Shown: positions 39,650 through 51,030, numbered from the stretch's first letter. The stretch is 64,000 bases of DNA from Chthoniobacteraceae bacterium (GCA_037190965.1 JBBCKI010000031.1:36339-100338); one strand, 5' to 3'. Made by a program: numbers and translations. Notes: generated by a model from the letters alone, not told the origin.

Positions 39650-39676
39650 ACCGTCACCCAAAAACCTGAAAAACCG

Positions 39677-40528
39677 ATGAAAAAATCAATCAGTATCTGG
39701 TCGTTCCCCGGCGAGTGGTCGCTGGAGAAAAAGATGCAGCTCGCCAAAGAGGCCGGGTTTGCAGGATTCGAGGTCGATCTTACCGAAGATGGTCCCGTAA
39801 ACCTCGGGAGTAACCCCGAAGAAGTCAAAGCCGTGCGCGCCCTCGCTGAGAAAACGGGCCTCGAATTGAGCGGGCTCGCCACCGGCCTCTATTGGGGGGC
39901 CAACGGAGCCAGCGCCGACCCCGCCGTTCGCGAAAAAGCCGCGAACCTCCTGAAACGGCAGATCGAAATTGCCAACGGGCTCGGGATCGATTCCATCCTC
40001 GTCCTTCCGGCCTCAGTGGGGGTCGATTTTATCCCCGGCTGCGAGACGGTACCTTACGAAGTGGCGTGGGATCGCGCCCGGGCATTGATCTCCGGCGCGC
40101 TGCCGCTGGCGGAACAACTGGGCGTCAACCTTCTGGTGGAGAACGTCTGGAACAAGTTCCTCCTGAGCCCGCTGGAGTTCCGCGCCTTTGTCGATTCGTT
40201 CGAGAGCAAGCATGTCGGCGCGTATTTCGACGTCGGCAACGTGTTGGCGACGGGATACCCGGAAGACTGGATCGCGACACTCGGCAGGCGGATCGGAAGG
40301 GTTCACTTCAAGGATTACCGCCGCAACGTGGGGAGCGCGGACGGCTTCTGCGATCTGCTTTCGGGCGACGTGAACTGGCCGGAAGTGATGCGTTCCCTGC
40401 GGGCGGTTCCTTACAACGGGTGGATTGCAGCGGAGATGATCCCGCCGATTCCCTTCTACAAGCATTGCCCCGAGGTATTGATCCATAACACCAGCAGGGC
40501 GATGGATTCGATCTTCGCGCTTTGTTAG
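39677..40528 (+). CDS. Sugar phosphate isomerase/epimerase (xylose-isomerase-like TIM barrel)
   Basis: ENVWNKFLLSPLE, YFDVGN and VHFKD motifs. Confidence 0.9.
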   Translation: MKKSISIWSFPGEWSLEKKMQLAKEAGFAGFEVDLTEDGPVNLGSNPEEVKAVRALAEKTGLELSGLATGLYWGANGASADPAVREKAANLLKRQIEIANGLGIDSILVLPASVGVDFIPGCETVPYEVAWDRARALISGALPLAEQLGVNLLVENVWNKFLLSPLEFRAFVDSFESKHVGAYFDVGNVLATGYPEDWIATLGRRIGRVHFKDYRRNVGSADGFCDLLSGDVNWPEVMRSLRAVPYNGWIAAEMIPPIPFYKHCPEVLIHNTSRAMDSIFALC

Positions 40529-40532
40529 CCTC

Positions 40533-40640
40533 CGCCCCTCCGGGGCGAATCACTCCAATCACGAAAAACCGGTGGTGAAGCGCAGCGAAACCACCGGTGT
40601 CCCGCATCACAAACCCATCGCCCCGGAGGGGCGGCGGAAT
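40533..40640. repeat. Family-3 triple-hairpin element, second copy
   Basis: CGCCCC-TCC-GGGGCG, ACCGGTGGT-GAAGCGCAGCGAA-ACCACCGGT and CGCCCC-GGA-GGGGCG. Confidence 0.7.
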
Positions 40641-40642
40641 CT

Positions 40643-43204
40643 CTACGCTGCCACGATGTTCACCAGCTTCCCGGGAACCACGATCACTTTTCGAACCGTC
40701 TTCCCATCGATGCTCTCCTGAACTTTCGCGCTATCTTTGGCCGCCGCTTCGACTTCCTCCTTCGAGGCATCTTTGCTGACAACCAGCTTGTCGCGGTTCT
40801 TGCCGTTCACCTGGATGACGATTTCAATTTCGTCTTCCACGAGAAACGCCGGGTTGAACTTCGGCCAGGGCTGATCCACCAGCGAAACCGGGGAAGCCGC
40901 AAAGCGCCGGTCGAGCGTCTCCCACAGCTCGGCAGTAAGATGCGGCGCAAACGGGTTAAGGAGTTGCAGCAGTGTCCGGATCGCGGAAACCGGGCGTGGT
41001 GAAACGCCGGTGAGCGCGTTCGTACAGATCATCATCTGCGAGATGGCGGTGTTGAAACTGAGCGATTCGATGTCCTCCCCGACCTTCTTGATAGTGGCGT
41101 GAAGCACTTTGAGCAGTGCCTTGTCGACCGGGGTGGAATCCGAGAGCGCTTGCGAAGGCACCCATTCGCCCGCCTGATTTTCCTCCATCACCAGTCGCCA
41201 GACACGCGCGAGAAAACGCGAGACGCCTTCGACGCCGGTCATGCTCCACGGCTTCATCTGCTCGAGAGGTCCCATGAACATCTCGTAAAGGCGGAACGCG
41301 TCCGCGCCGTATTGAGAAATCACGTCGTCGGGGTTGACCACGTTGCCCCGGCTTTTCGACATCTTCTGCCCGTCTTCACCCAAAATGATCCCCTGGTTGA
41401 CGAGCCTCTGGAACGGCTCCGGGGTGGAGACGTAGCCGAGATCGAAGAGAACCTTATGCCAGAAACGGGCATAGAGCAGGTGCAACACCGCGTGTTCGGT
41501 GCCGCCGACGTAAAGATCGACGCCGCCGGGCTGGCCGCCGCCCATCCAGTATTCTTCGGCGGCTTTGCTGACAAAACGGTCGCTGTTGGTGGGATCGCAG
41601 TAACGCAGATAGTACCAGCACGAGCCCGCCCATTGCGGCATCGTGTTGAGTTCGCGGGTCGCCGTCTCCGAGTAACGCACCCAATCGACCGCCTTGGAGA
41701 GCGGCGGCTCCGGGGTGCCGGTCGGCTTGAAATCATCCAGCGGCGGTGGCGTCAACGGGAGCTCACTCTCCGACAACGCGCGGTGGCGGCCCCCTTCCCA
41801 AAGGATCGGGAACGGTTCGCCCCAATAACGTTGGCGGGAAAAGAGCCAGTCGCGCAGTTTGAAATTGATGGAGCGTTTGCCAAGGCCGCGCTCTTCCAGC
41901 CACGTGGAGATCTTCGATTTCGCCTCGGGCGTCGGCAAGCCATCGATAAGCGGCGAATTGACGGCGACGCCGTTGTCACAAAAGCCGATCGACTCCTCCT
42001 CGCTCTTGCCGGGAGCCAGCACGACCGGTTTGACGGGAAGCTTGAACTTCTGAGCAAACTCCAAATCCCGCTCGTCATGGGCGGGAACCGCCATGATCGC
42101 TCCGGTCCCGTACCCTTGGAGCACGTAATCGGCAATCCAGATCGGGACGCGCTCGCCGTTGACCGGATTGATCGCGTAAGCTCCGGTGAAAACGCCGGTC
42201 TTCTCCTTCGCCAGTTCCGTTCGCTCCAGATCGCTCTTGCGCGCGGTGCGTTCGCGGTACTCGCGGACGGCGGGCCACTGGTCCTCCACGGTGATCTCGT
42301 CCACGATCTTGTGCTCGGGGGCAAGCACCATATAGGTCGCGCCGAAGAGAGTGTCGGGCCGTGTGGTGAAGACGGTGATCCGCCGATCGCCTTCCGCCAG
42401 CTGGAAGTGCACCTCGGCCCCTTCGCTGCGGCCGATCCAGTTGCGCTGAAGGAGCTTGATGCTCTCGGGCCAGGTCAGGCCGTCGAGTTCGTCGATGAGC
42501 CGCTGGCCAAAGGCGGTGATGCGGAGCATCCACTGGCGCATCGGGCGGCGTTCCACCGGATAACCGCCGACTTCGCTCTTGCCGTCGATCACCTCTTCGT
42601 TGGCGAGCACCGTGCCGAGCCCGGGGCACCAGTTGACGGGCGCTTCGGAGACATAGGCGAGACGCACACTGTCGGGGTTTTCCCCGGAGTATGTCTCAAT
42701 CGGCTCGGCCTTGTTGGAAGCCGGGTTGAACCACGAGTTGTAAAGTTTTAAGAAGATCCACTGCGTCCAGCGGTAATAGTCAGGGTCGCTGGTGGCGATC
42801 TCGCGCGACCAGTCGTAGGCGAACCCGATGGTCTTGAGCTGAGTCTTAAACTTCGCGACGTTCTGCGCGGTGGTGACCGCCGGGTGCTGCCCGGTCTTGA
42901 TGGCGTACTGCTCCGCCGGAAGGCCGAACGAATCCCACCCCATCGGGTGCAGGACGTTGAAGCCGTTCATGCGCTTGTAGCGACCAATGATGTCGGTGGC
43001 GGTATATCCCTCCGGGTGACCGACGTGCAACCCCGCGCCGCTCGGATACGGAAACATGTCGAGCACGTAGAACTTGGGCCGCGAAGCATCGAAGCCGGGT
43101 TCGCCGGGGTTGCGCACGCGGAAAGTCTCGTGGGCGTCCCAATGCGCCTGCCACTTGGGCTCGAAAAGGTCGAACGGATACGGTTTGCGTCGGTCGCTGC
43201 TCAT
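40643..43204 (-). CDS. leuS: Leucine--tRNA ligase
   Basis: [32 protein letters not shown] and KMSKS motifs. Confidence 0.97.
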   Translation of the reverse strand: MSSDRRKPYPFDLFEPKWQAHWDAHETFRVRNPGEPGFDASRPKFYVLDMFPYPSGAGLHVGHPEGYTATDIIGRYKRMNGFNVLHPMGWDSFGLPAEQYAIKTGQHPAVTTAQNVAKFKTQLKTIGFAYDWSREIATSDPDYYRWTQWIFLKLYNSWFNPASNKAEPIETYSGENPDSVRLAYVSEAPVNWCPGLGTVLANEEVIDGKSEVGGYPVERRPMRQWMLRITAFGQRLIDELDGLTWPESIKLLQRNWIGRSEGAEVHFQLAEGDRRITVFTTRPDTLFGATYMVLAPEHKIVDEITVEDQWPAVREYRERTARKSDLERTELAKEKTGVFTGAYAINPVNGERVPIWIADYVLQGYGTGAIMAVPAHDERDLEFAQKFKLPVKPVVLAPGKSEEESIGFCDNGVAVNSPLIDGLPTPEAKSKISTWLEERGLGKRSINFKLRDWLFSRQRYWGEPFPILWEGGRHRALSESELPLTPPPLDDFKPTGTPEPPLSKAVDWVRYSETATRELNTMPQWAGSCWYYLRYCDPTNSDRFVSKAAEEYWMGGGQPGGVDLYVGGTEHAVLHLLYARFWHKVLFDLGYVSTPEPFQRLVNQGIILGEDGQKMSKSRGNVVNPDDVISQYGADAFRLYEMFMGPLEQMKPWSMTGVEGVSRFLARVWRLVMEENQAGEWVPSQALSDSTPVDKALLKVLHATIKKVGEDIESLSFNTAISQMMICTNALTGVSPRPVSAIRTLLQLLNPFAPHLTAELWETLDRRFAASPVSLVDQPWPKFNPAFLVEDEIEIVIQVNGKNRDKLVVSKDASKEEVEAAAKDSAKVQESIDGKTVRKVIVVPGKLVNIVAA

Positions 43205-43289
43205 GGAAGGTCAAGAACATGGAGTCACTCCATGGCCGGGGGAAGCCAAAAATTGAAACGGAGAGAGCAGTCTCCGCTTTCCGGTCTTC

Positions 43290-43775
43290 TTACTCCTCGT
43301 CGTCTTCCTCTTCCTCCGGGTGTTCCCCCGGTTCGCTGCTTTCAGACATCTTGCGGAGCACCTCGCTCATGTCGTCCACTTCCTCCCATACATCCCGGGT
43401 GACATAGATGGGCGCGCTCTGCTGCACGGCGAGGGCGATGGAGTCACTGGGGCGGGCGTCGAGTTCGATGATTTTTCTCTGCTGAAGCTCGTTCTCCGCG
43501 CTGATGATGAGCCGGGCGAAGTAAGTGGCGGTCTTGAGATCGTTGATGATCACCCGCTCAACCTTCGCGCCGAGCGCGGCCATGAGATGGCCCATCAGGT
43601 CATGTGTGAGGGGGCGCTCTTTCGGCGTGCCGCTCATGAACATCGTGATCGCGCTGCCGACACCCTCGTCGACATAGATCACAAATGTTTTTTCCTCGTT
43701 TCCGAGAAACACCGCCCGACCGGCCGTGGTGGGCAAGACGGCTCGAACCCGAATTTCAACCACCGGTTTGCTCAT
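43290..43775 (-). CDS. Bifunctional nuclease (DUF151) family protein
   Basis: RPLTHDL and DARPSDSIALA motifs. Confidence 0.9.
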   Translation of the reverse strand: MSKPVVEIRVRAVLPTTAGRAVFLGNEEKTFVIYVDEGVGSAITMFMSGTPKERPLTHDLMGHLMAALGAKVERVIINDLKTATYFARLIISAENELQQRKIIELDARPSDSIALAVQQSAPIYVTRDVWEEVDDMSEVLRKMSESSEPGEHPEEEEDDEE

Positions 43776-43949
43776 TCGGGAACCGTAGCAGCGCCGGCTC
43801 GAAAAACAAGGCGCGTTACAAGGAGGTTCACCGTCTCGGTGGAAAGGAAAAAAATCTCGGTCCCGGACGATTTATCTCTTACAAATACCGTCTTGCGGTC
43901 TCAACCGAGGCCTCCAGAGCCCCTTTTTTTTGGAATCCCTTGGAATCTC

Positions 43950-45848
43950 ATGGACTCGACCCTCTTACTGAAATTGGCCCTTACCCTCTCCATAGGCGCT
44001 GCGGTCGGCTTTGCCGCCGGAAGCCGCTCCTCCTCCCGCGGTACCGCGCTCCCGGAATCCCGTCCGATCCTGATAGGCGATGCCGTGCCACACAACGCCC
44101 TCAATATCCCCAATGCGTCGGGCTCGAACGCCGGCAGCAGCCCCACCACCATGCATGCCATTGAGGATGCCCTCAAAGAAACAGATACCCGCAAACGAGG
44201 CCGAACGCTCCGACGCTTGCTCGACGGGATCGACACGAAAAATATCCCCAAAGCATTGGATTGCCTCCGCGCGAAGAAAGGGGACTGGAGTCTCTACTTC
44301 CTCGAAATGGAGCTATTGGCAGATTGGGCAAGCACCGACCCGAAAGCGGCGCTCGCTTACGCGGAACAATACGACCGGCAACGCCGCTACGGCGCGATCA
44401 GCAGTATCGCATCCGCCTGGTTTGAAAAGGATAAGGCGGCTGCGCAGGCGTGGCTCCAAAGCCTTCCGAAGGGAGACCTTCGCACTGCGGCCGAGCAGGG
44501 CATCCTCAGTTCCCTCGCCTCCCGGAACATCGGTGAAGCCGTCGAAATGCTCAAAGCAAGCCCGGCGCTTTCGACACGCGGGGGATGGCACACCGTTTTC
44601 TCCACGCTCGCCATCAAAGACCCAAGGAAAGCCGTCGAGGCAGCCTTGGCGCTCCCGGAAGGCAGCAACCGGAACAACGCCATCTCGGCGCTCGCTTCCA
44701 CTTGGGGCGCTTCCGACCCGAAAGCGGCACTCTCATGGGTCAAAGAACTCCCTCAAAGCGCCGCTCGCAAACAGGCGCTGCAGAATCTTCTCTTCACCAT
44801 GGCGTGGCAGGACCCTTCGGAAGCGATCAAGGTCGCCATGGAGGAGCTGCCCGGGGGCAGAGAGCAGCGCAACATGGTTGCACAAGCGGTGAGCCAGTGG
44901 TCCCAAAAAGATCAAGCCGCCGCTCAGAGCTGGGTCGAACAGCTTCCTTCGGGAGAACTCCGCAATAACGCGATCTCCTCCCTCGTCCGGCAGTGGGCCG
45001 AAAACGATCCCAAAGCCGCCCTGCGGTATACGCTCGAGACTCCCAGTTCCCAGGCCCGTAATGACCTGCTCGGGAGCACCATTGCTCAATGGCTTGCGAA
45101 CGACCCCAAAGGCGGGATGAAGTGGCTGGAGGAGAATCCCGCCGCCGCCGCGCCCAGCGTCCTCTCCAACGCGATCAGCAATCTTTCCTATCAAAACCCG
45201 GCGCAAGCCGCCGAACTGATGGCCCGCATGCCGCAAAGCGACCAGCAGAGCGGCCAGTATCAAAACCTGGCCACCCAGTGGACGCAGAACGACCCTGCCG
45301 CCGCGAATGCATGGTTCGAGAAAATGCCCGAAGGACCCGCGCGCGACCAATTCTTCCTGGGAATGATCGGTGGCATGGCTAGCTACGATATCATTGGCGC
45401 AAGCCAGAAAGTGGATAGTCTCCCACCGGGAAGCGCCAAGGACGGAGCATCGATTCAGCTCGCTTCCACCTGGGCGCAGAATGACCCGGCGTCCGCGCTC
45501 GACTGGGTCGCCAGAGCTACCGAGGGAAAGACGCAGGAGAACGCCGTGGGCAACATCGTCAGCCAATGGGCTCGTCACGACATCGACGCCGCCTCGGACT
45601 GGCTCAATACCCTGCCAAAGGGCGCGGTCCGCGACACCGCCGTCACGCAGTTCAGCCGAGCCGCCGCCAATAGCGACCCCGAGACTGCCGCCGCCTGGGC
45701 CGTTACCATCGGCGACGAAAAGGCGCGCAAAGCCTCCCTGACCCGCGTGGTCAGACAATGGATGACTAGCGACGAAAAGGCGGCGAGCGCGTGGTTGCAA
45801 AGCGCTTCGGTTCCGGCGGATTGGAAGGAAGGTTGGTTAAAGAAATAG
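43950..45848 (+). CDS. Exported or anchored alpha-helical repeat protein (W-x3-DP-x-AA-x2-W repeats)
   Basis: N-terminal hydrophobic segment followed by about 16 repeats of about 33 aa. Confidence 0.85.
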   Translation: MDSTLLLKLALTLSIGAAVGFAAGSRSSSRGTALPESRPILIGDAVPHNALNIPNASGSNAGSSPTTMHAIEDALKETDTRKRGRTLRRLLDGIDTKNIPKALDCLRAKKGDWSLYFLEMELLADWASTDPKAALAYAEQYDRQRRYGAISSIASAWFEKDKAAAQAWLQSLPKGDLRTAAEQGILSSLASRNIGEAVEMLKASPALSTRGGWHTVFSTLAIKDPRKAVEAALALPEGSNRNNAISALASTWGASDPKAALSWVKELPQSAARKQALQNLLFTMAWQDPSEAIKVAMEELPGGREQRNMVAQAVSQWSQKDQAAAQSWVEQLPSGELRNNAISSLVRQWAENDPKAALRYTLETPSSQARNDLLGSTIAQWLANDPKGGMKWLEENPAAAAPSVLSNAISNLSYQNPAQAAELMARMPQSDQQSGQYQNLATQWTQNDPAAANAWFEKMPEGPARDQFFLGMIGGMASYDIIGASQKVDSLPPGSAKDGASIQLASTWAQNDPASALDWVARATEGKTQENAVGNIVSQWARHDIDAASDWLNTLPKGAVRDTAVTQFSRAAANSDPETAAAWAVTIGDEKARKASLTRVVRQWMTSDEKAASAWLQSASVPADWKEGWLKK

Positions 45849-45932
45849 AACGAGCCACTCCCTATTGTGGAGTTTGATTTTGGAGCGCGTGGAAGGTTTT
45901 CCGCTGTTTCGGTGGGATTTACACAACGATGC

Positions 45933-46094
45933 ATGGTGCGGCAGCACCGGTAGGCCGTTCGCGCCGTCGAGCGCGGGTATCGGCTCCCGTGGCTTCATGA
46001 GGGCCTCATCCCGACAACCAGAAGCCGTCCTGCGGGGATGGGCGTCAAACGCGGTCCTTCACCGATCCCGCGCTCTCGGCGAGAGCGGGCTACC
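45933..46094 (+). repeat. Family-1 element, copy D
   Basis: GGTGC-GGCA-GCACC hairpin, left REP, CATCCC/GGGATG stem and right REP CCCGCGCTCTCGGCGAGAGCGGGCTACC. Confidence 0.9.
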
Positions 46095-46117
46095 TCGTCA
46101 GTAGTCTGACGGACATT

Positions 46118-46150
46118 AAAAAGCCGCGCAGGGTTTCCCCTGCGCGGCTT
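46118..46150 (-). terminator. Rho-independent terminator of the pdh operon
   Basis: GCCGCGCAGGG-GAAA-CCCTGCGCGGC followed by TTTTT. Confidence 0.8.
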
Positions 46151-46178
46151 AAGATTGATAATTGACTAGCGAACCAAC

Positions 46179-47561
46179 CTAAATATGAATCGCGTGGCCG
46201 AAGGCGTTTTCGGTGGCTTCGTGCACGGCTTCGCTCAAGGTCGGGTGCGCGTGGATGGTCGCCTCGATTTCTTCGTAGGTGGCTTCCAGCGTGATGGCGA
46301 GGCCAAGCTCGGCAATCATTTCGGTGGCTTCAGGCCCGATGATGTGTGCGCCCAGGATTTCACCGTTCGGCTCGCCGATGAGGATCTTGACGAAACCGTC
46401 GATCTCCCCGATGGCGCGGGCTTTGCCGCTCGCCATGAACGGGAACTTGCCGATCTTGAACTTGAGGCCCTGCTCCTTGGCGGCGCGCTCGGTAAGGCCG
46501 ACGCTGGCCACCTGCGGCTGGCAGTAGGTACAACCGGGGAAGGTCGTCACCTTCTTGGGCTTATAACCGGGCTTGAAGATCCCTTCGACGGCCTGGATCG
46601 CCTCGAAGCTGGCGACGTGGGCGAGCCAGGGTGGCCCGATGATGTCGCCCGCTGCGTAAACGCCGGGAACGCTGGTCTGATAACGGTCGTTCGTCTTGAG
46701 GTAACCGCGCTCGGTCAGCTCGAACTTGAGGCTGCCGGTGGGGAGAAGCGGCTGAACGCCGATGGCGACGAGCGCCACGTCGGCTTCAAGCGTTTCGCTC
46801 TTGGCTCCTTCGACGGTGATCTTGACCCCCTTGTCGGTCGCCTCGGTTTTGGTGACCTTGGTGTTGGTCAGCGCGGTAATCCCCTGTTTCTTGAACGCTT
46901 TCTCGATGGTCTGGGAAACTTCGGTGTCTTCGACCGGGAGGAGATTCGGCAGCATTTCGACGATGGTAATTTTCGTGCCAAATGCGTTGTAGAAGAAGCC
47001 GAACTCCATGCCGATGGCACCCGCGCCGATGATGATCATCGACTTCGGCTGCTCGGGCAGGATCATCGCTTCCTTGCTGCTGATAACCGTCTTGCCGTTG
47101 AAGGGCAGGCCCGGCATCGGACGTGGGAGGCAGCCGGTAGCGACAAGGATATTGGAAGCGGTATGCGTCTCTTCCTTGCCGTCGGCAAAGCGGACCTTCA
47201 CGCAGCCGGCTTTCTCGATGTCGGCTTCGCCCCGGATATAATCGACCTTGTTCTTCTTGAAGAGAAACTCAATCCCCTGCGCGTTTTTGTCGGAGACCTC
47301 GCGCGAGCGCTTGATGATCTTGTCCCAATCGAAGCTGAGATTGTCGAACTTGAACCCGAACTCGGCGGCTCGGTGCGCCATCAGGTGGTAAAGCTCCGCG
47401 TTGCGAAGGAGCGACTTGGTAGGGATGCAGCCCCAATTCAGGCAGGTGCCGCCCGCGCGCTCTTTTTCGATGCAGGCGACTTTTTTGCCAAGCTGGGCCG
47501 CGCGAATCGCGCCGACATATCCCGCAGGGCCGCCACCGATCACAATCAGGTCGTAGTTCAT
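46179..47561 (-). CDS. lpdA: Dihydrolipoyl dehydrogenase (E3)
   Basis: GGGPAG, GGTCLNWGCIPTK and HAHPTLSE motifs. Confidence 0.97.
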   Translation of the reverse strand: MNYDLIVIGGGPAGYVGAIRAAQLGKKVACIEKERAGGTCLNWGCIPTKSLLRNAELYHLMAHRAAEFGFKFDNLSFDWDKIIKRSREVSDKNAQGIEFLFKKNKVDYIRGEADIEKAGCVKVRFADGKEETHTASNILVATGCLPRPMPGLPFNGKTVISSKEAMILPEQPKSMIIIGAGAIGMEFGFFYNAFGTKITIVEMLPNLLPVEDTEVSQTIEKAFKKQGITALTNTKVTKTEATDKGVKITVEGAKSETLEADVALVAIGVQPLLPTGSLKFELTERGYLKTNDRYQTSVPGVYAAGDIIGPPWLAHVASFEAIQAVEGIFKPGYKPKKVTTFPGCTYCQPQVASVGLTERAAKEQGLKFKIGKFPFMASGKARAIGEIDGFVKILIGEPNGEILGAHIIGPEATEMIAELGLAITLEATYEEIEATIHAHPTLSEAVHEATENAFGHAIHI

Positions 47562-47589
47562 AAAAGGTAATGTCCGAAAAACCTCGAAC

Positions 47590-48855
47590 CTAGAAAAGCA
47601 ACAACGTCGGGTTTTCCAGGAAGTGCCGAAGTTCCTTAAGGTACTCCGCCGCGATGGCTCCGTCCACGACGCGGTGGTCGCAGCTCAACCCCAGCGCCAT
47701 GCGTTGACCGGCGACAATCGCCCCGGCGGCATTGATGACCGGCTTCTTGACGATGGAGCCGACGGCGAGAATGGCGGCCTGCGGCGGGTTGATGATCGCG
47801 GAGAAACTCTCAATGCCGTAGCTGCCGAGGTTGGAGACCGTAAAGGTACCGTTCTGATACTCCTCGGGCTTCAACTTCTTGCTGCGGGCGCGGGCGGCGA
47901 GGTCCTTGACGGCTTCGCTGATCTCGCGGAGCGATTTCTTGTTGGCGTCGCGAATGACCGGCGTGACGAGGCCATCCTCGATCGCCACCGCCACCGCGAG
48001 GTTTACCGCGGCATACTCGATAATCGCGTCACCCGCAAAGGCGGCGTTGACCTTCGGCACCTTGACGAGGGCGGCTACGACGGCTTTGAGCACGAAATCG
48101 TTGATCGTGACCTTGCTGCTTCCGGCTGCTTCGGCCGCGGAGTTGATCTCGGCGCGGAGCTTCACGAGCGGTTCCGTGTCGACTTCGATGTTCAGGTAGA
48201 AGTGCGGCAGCGTGGTCTTGCTGAGGAGGAGGCGTTCCGCGATCACACGGCGCATTCCGGAGAGCGGCAAGCGATTATCGCCAGGGCCAGCCGGCGTGGC
48301 AGGAGCGGCGGTGAGCGGGGCGACGGCTCCGGCGACGGCCTGCACGGTGGCGTCAGGCTGCGAGGAAAGAATGTCCTGCTTGACGATGCGGCCTCCCGGG
48401 CCGGTTCCGGCAATACGGGAGAGATCGACGCCACGCGCGGCGGCAATTTTCCGGGCCAGGGGCGATGCTTTGACGCGGCCTCCCGCAGAAAGAACGGGAG
48501 CGGCTGCTGGCTTGGTCGCAGGGGCGCTCGTGGGAGTCGCGGCGGGGGCGGCAGGGGCCTTGCCAGAGGTTGGAGCGGCCGCAGGGGCGCTTTCTCCAGC
48601 CGCAGGGGCGCTCTCGCCTTCTTCGAGGAGGAGGGCAATCTTCTGCCCCACCATGGCGGGCTGGCCTTCCTGGACGTAAATGGCTCCCAGCGTTCCGTCG
48701 TCGAATGCTTCCATCTCCATGGTCGCTTTATCCGTCTCCACCTCGGCGAGCACGTCGCCGGAGGCCACTTTATCCCCGACTTTCTTGCGCCAGCGCAAGA
48801 GGGTGCCCTGGGTCATCGTGTCGCTCAGTTTGGGCATTTCAATCGGGATGGACAT
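47590..48855 (-). CDS. pdhC: Pyruvate dehydrogenase E2
   Basis: ETDKA lipoyl motif, PSBD ASPLARKIA...GTGPGGRIVKQD and catalytic DHRVVDG. Confidence 0.95.
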   Translation of the reverse strand: MSIPIEMPKLSDTMTQGTLLRWRKKVGDKVASGDVLAEVETDKATMEMEAFDDGTLGAIYVQEGQPAMVGQKIALLLEEGESAPAAGESAPAAAPTSGKAPAAPAATPTSAPATKPAAAPVLSAGGRVKASPLARKIAAARGVDLSRIAGTGPGGRIVKQDILSSQPDATVQAVAGAVAPLTAAPATPAGPGDNRLPLSGMRRVIAERLLLSKTTLPHFYLNIEVDTEPLVKLRAEINSAAEAAGSSKVTINDFVLKAVVAALVKVPKVNAAFAGDAIIEYAAVNLAVAVAIEDGLVTPVIRDANKKSLREISEAVKDLAARARSKKLKPEEYQNGTFTVSNLGSYGIESFSAIINPPQAAILAVGSIVKKPVINAAGAIVAGQRMALGLSCDHRVVDGAIAAEYLKELRHFLENPTLLLF

Positions 48856-48921
48856 GGAGGAATAAAAAGGTGGAGTTAAAAAGCGTTAGAGATGGAAATT
48901 GACGGCTGAATCCTCGTGGGT

Positions 48922-49896
48922 TCAGCAAATGGAAAGTACCTTCTGCACCACCCGCTGCGGAGTGGGAAGCTGAATCTTTTCCAAGGGCGGGCTATAAATC
49001 GCGGGAGCGTCGAGCGACGAGACGCGGGCGATCGGGGCGTCGAGGTCGTCAAACGCCTTTTCCTGAAGCATGGCCGCGATTTCGGCGGCAACCCCGCAAA
49101 ACGGTTTGTTCTCCTCCACCAGCACGGCGCGATGCGTCTTGCGAACGGATTGAAGGATCGTTTCCTCGTCGAGAGGTCGGATGGAGCGGAGGTCGATCAC
49201 CTCGGCTTTGATGTTGTGTTCGGCTTCCAGAAGTTCAGCCGCCTTGAGACAGGTGATCACCGCACGCCCATGGGCAATGAGGCTGATGTCGGTCCCCGCG
49301 CGCTTCACATCGGCGGAACCAAGCGGAATGAGGTATTCCTCTTCCGGCACTTCCCACTGTTCTCCGTAGAGAAGCGTGTTCTCCATGAACATGACCGGAT
49401 CGTTGTCCCGGATGGCGCTCTTAAGCAGCCCCTTGGCGTCGTAAGCGGTGGCCGGGCAGACCACCTTGAGACCGGGGACGTTGGCGAGGAAGTTCTCCGG
49501 CGTATGGGAGTGGGTCGCACCCACGTTCGTGCCGCCATTGGCGGGGCCGCGAATGACGATCGGGCAATTGATCAGGCCGCCGGACATATACCGGACACAT
49601 CCGGCATTGTTGACGATCTGGTCGAAGGCGACATAGGCGAAGCTCCAGAACATCAGCTCCATGACGGGACGCACCCCGAGCATCGAGGCCCCGATGCCCA
49701 TGCCGATGAACCCGGCTTCCGAGATCGGCGTGTCGACCACGCGCTTGTCGCCAAAACGAGCCCAGAGCCCTTCGGTGACTTTGTAAGCGCCGTTATATTC
49801 GGCGACTTCCTCGCCCATGATGACGACGTTCTCGTCGCGAGTCAGTTCCTCGGCGAGGGCGTCGTTGAGAGCTTTACGGTAGGTAATAAGCGGCAT
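48922..49896 (-). CDS. pdhB: Pyruvate dehydrogenase E1 beta
   Basis: DTPISEAGF and IDLRSIRPLD motifs; operon context. Confidence 0.95.
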   Translation of the reverse strand: MPLITYRKALNDALAEELTRDENVVIMGEEVAEYNGAYKVTEGLWARFGDKRVVDTPISEAGFIGMGIGASMLGVRPVMELMFWSFAYVAFDQIVNNAGCVRYMSGGLINCPIVIRGPANGGTNVGATHSHTPENFLANVPGLKVVCPATAYDAKGLLKSAIRDNDPVMFMENTLLYGEQWEVPEEEYLIPLGSADVKRAGTDISLIAHGRAVITCLKAAELLEAEHNIKAEVIDLRSIRPLDEETILQSVRKTHRAVLVEENKPFCGVAAEIAAMLQEKAFDDLDAPIARVSSLDAPAIYSPPLEKIQLPTPQRVVQKVLSIC

Positions 49897-49956
49897 GACT
49901 AAAAAAACGTGCGAAGCAGTGTTTGCTGAGCGATTAAAAGAGCGGGAAGAGCACGA

Positions 49957-51030
49957 TCAATCATTGAAGAAGTGCTTGCCGCGCCGACCGCTCTCGGTTT
50001 GGTGGTCCACTTCGTAGTAGACGTCGCTGAAAATTTCGTCCTCGCTCGGGAAGGGGCTCTCCTCGGCGAAGCGGGCCGAAGCATCGGCCTCCTTGCGGGC
50101 CTCCCTCTCGATCTCGGCGGCCAGTTCCGGCGTCACGACTCCCTCTTCGATCAGGCGCTGCTGCCAGAGCTGCAGCGGGTCGTGATGCGTCTTGTAGGTT
50201 TCGATCTCTTCGGGCGAACGGTATTTCTTCGCGTTGGCGTCGGCGACAGAATGCCCGTAGTAACGGTACGTCTTGATTTCGAGCACCGTGGGGCGGCACT
50301 CCTTGTGAGCCCGCTCGATGGCCACCTGCGTTTTGGCGCGAACTTCGTAAAGATCCTCCCCGTTGACGACGTCCCACTCGATGTTGTAACCCTCCGCGCG
50401 GGCGGCGAGGGATTCGCGATAGGACGAGGAACGGCTCAGGCTGGTGCCCATTGAGTAGCCGTTGTTCTCGATGACGTAGATCACCGGCAGCCCCTGGAGC
50501 GCCGCGAGGTTGAGCGATTCATGGAAAGTGCCCTGGTTGACCGCGCCGTCGCCCAGATAGCAGAGGCAGCAGCCTTCGAGCCCTTTGTATTTGAGTCCGT
50601 AAGCGAGCCCGAGGCCAAGCGGGGTCTGCCCGGCGACAATGCCGTGGCCGCCCCAATAGTTTTTGTCGGGCGCGAAAAAGTGCATCGAGCCGCCTTTCCC
50701 TTTGGAACAGCCGGTGGCTTTTCCAAAAAGTTCGGCCATGCATTCCTCCATCGTCATTCCGACGGCGAGAGCATGGCCGTGATCGCGGTAGGCAGTAATG
50801 ACATGGTCATTTTTGCCCAGCAGTGAAATCGTGCCTACGGCAACCGATTCCTGCCCGCTGTAGAGATGGAGGAAGCCGCCCATCTTTCCGGTATTGTAAA
50901 ATTTGAGCGACACCTGCTCAAAGCGGCGGATGCGATGCATCTCGCGAAGCAGCCGGATTTTGTCATCCGGGGTCAGCTTCCGGTTGATGGCAGCATCGGC
51001 GTAGGACGAATTTTGAACGGCGGTTTGCAT
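49957..51030 (-). CDS. pdhA: Pyruvate dehydrogenase E1 alpha
   Basis: GFLHLYSGQE, GKGGSMH, GDGAVNQG and TYRYYGHS motifs. Confidence 0.95.
   Translation of the reverse strand: MQTAVQNSSYADAAINRKLTPDDKIRLLREMHRIRRFEQVSLKFYNTGKMGGFLHLYSGQESVAVGTISLLGKNDHVITAYRDHGHALAVGMTMEECMAELFGKATGCSKGKGGSMHFFAPDKNYWGGHGIVAGQTPLGLGLAYGLKYKGLEGCCLCYLGDGAVNQGTFHESLNLAALQGLPVIYVIENNGYSMGTSLSRSSSYRESLAARAEGYNIEWDVVNGEDLYEVRAKTQVAIERAHKECRPTVLEIKTYRYYGHSVADANAKKYRSPEEIETYKTHHDPLQLWQQRLIEEGVVTPELAAEIEREARKEADASARFAEESPFPSEDEIFSDVYYEVDHQTESGRRGKHFFND

Noticed and set aside
43320..43949. N-terminal extension of the 842-aa ORF
   Set aside because: It is antisense to the DUF151 gene; the real start is the ATG at 43950 before the hydrophobic anchor.
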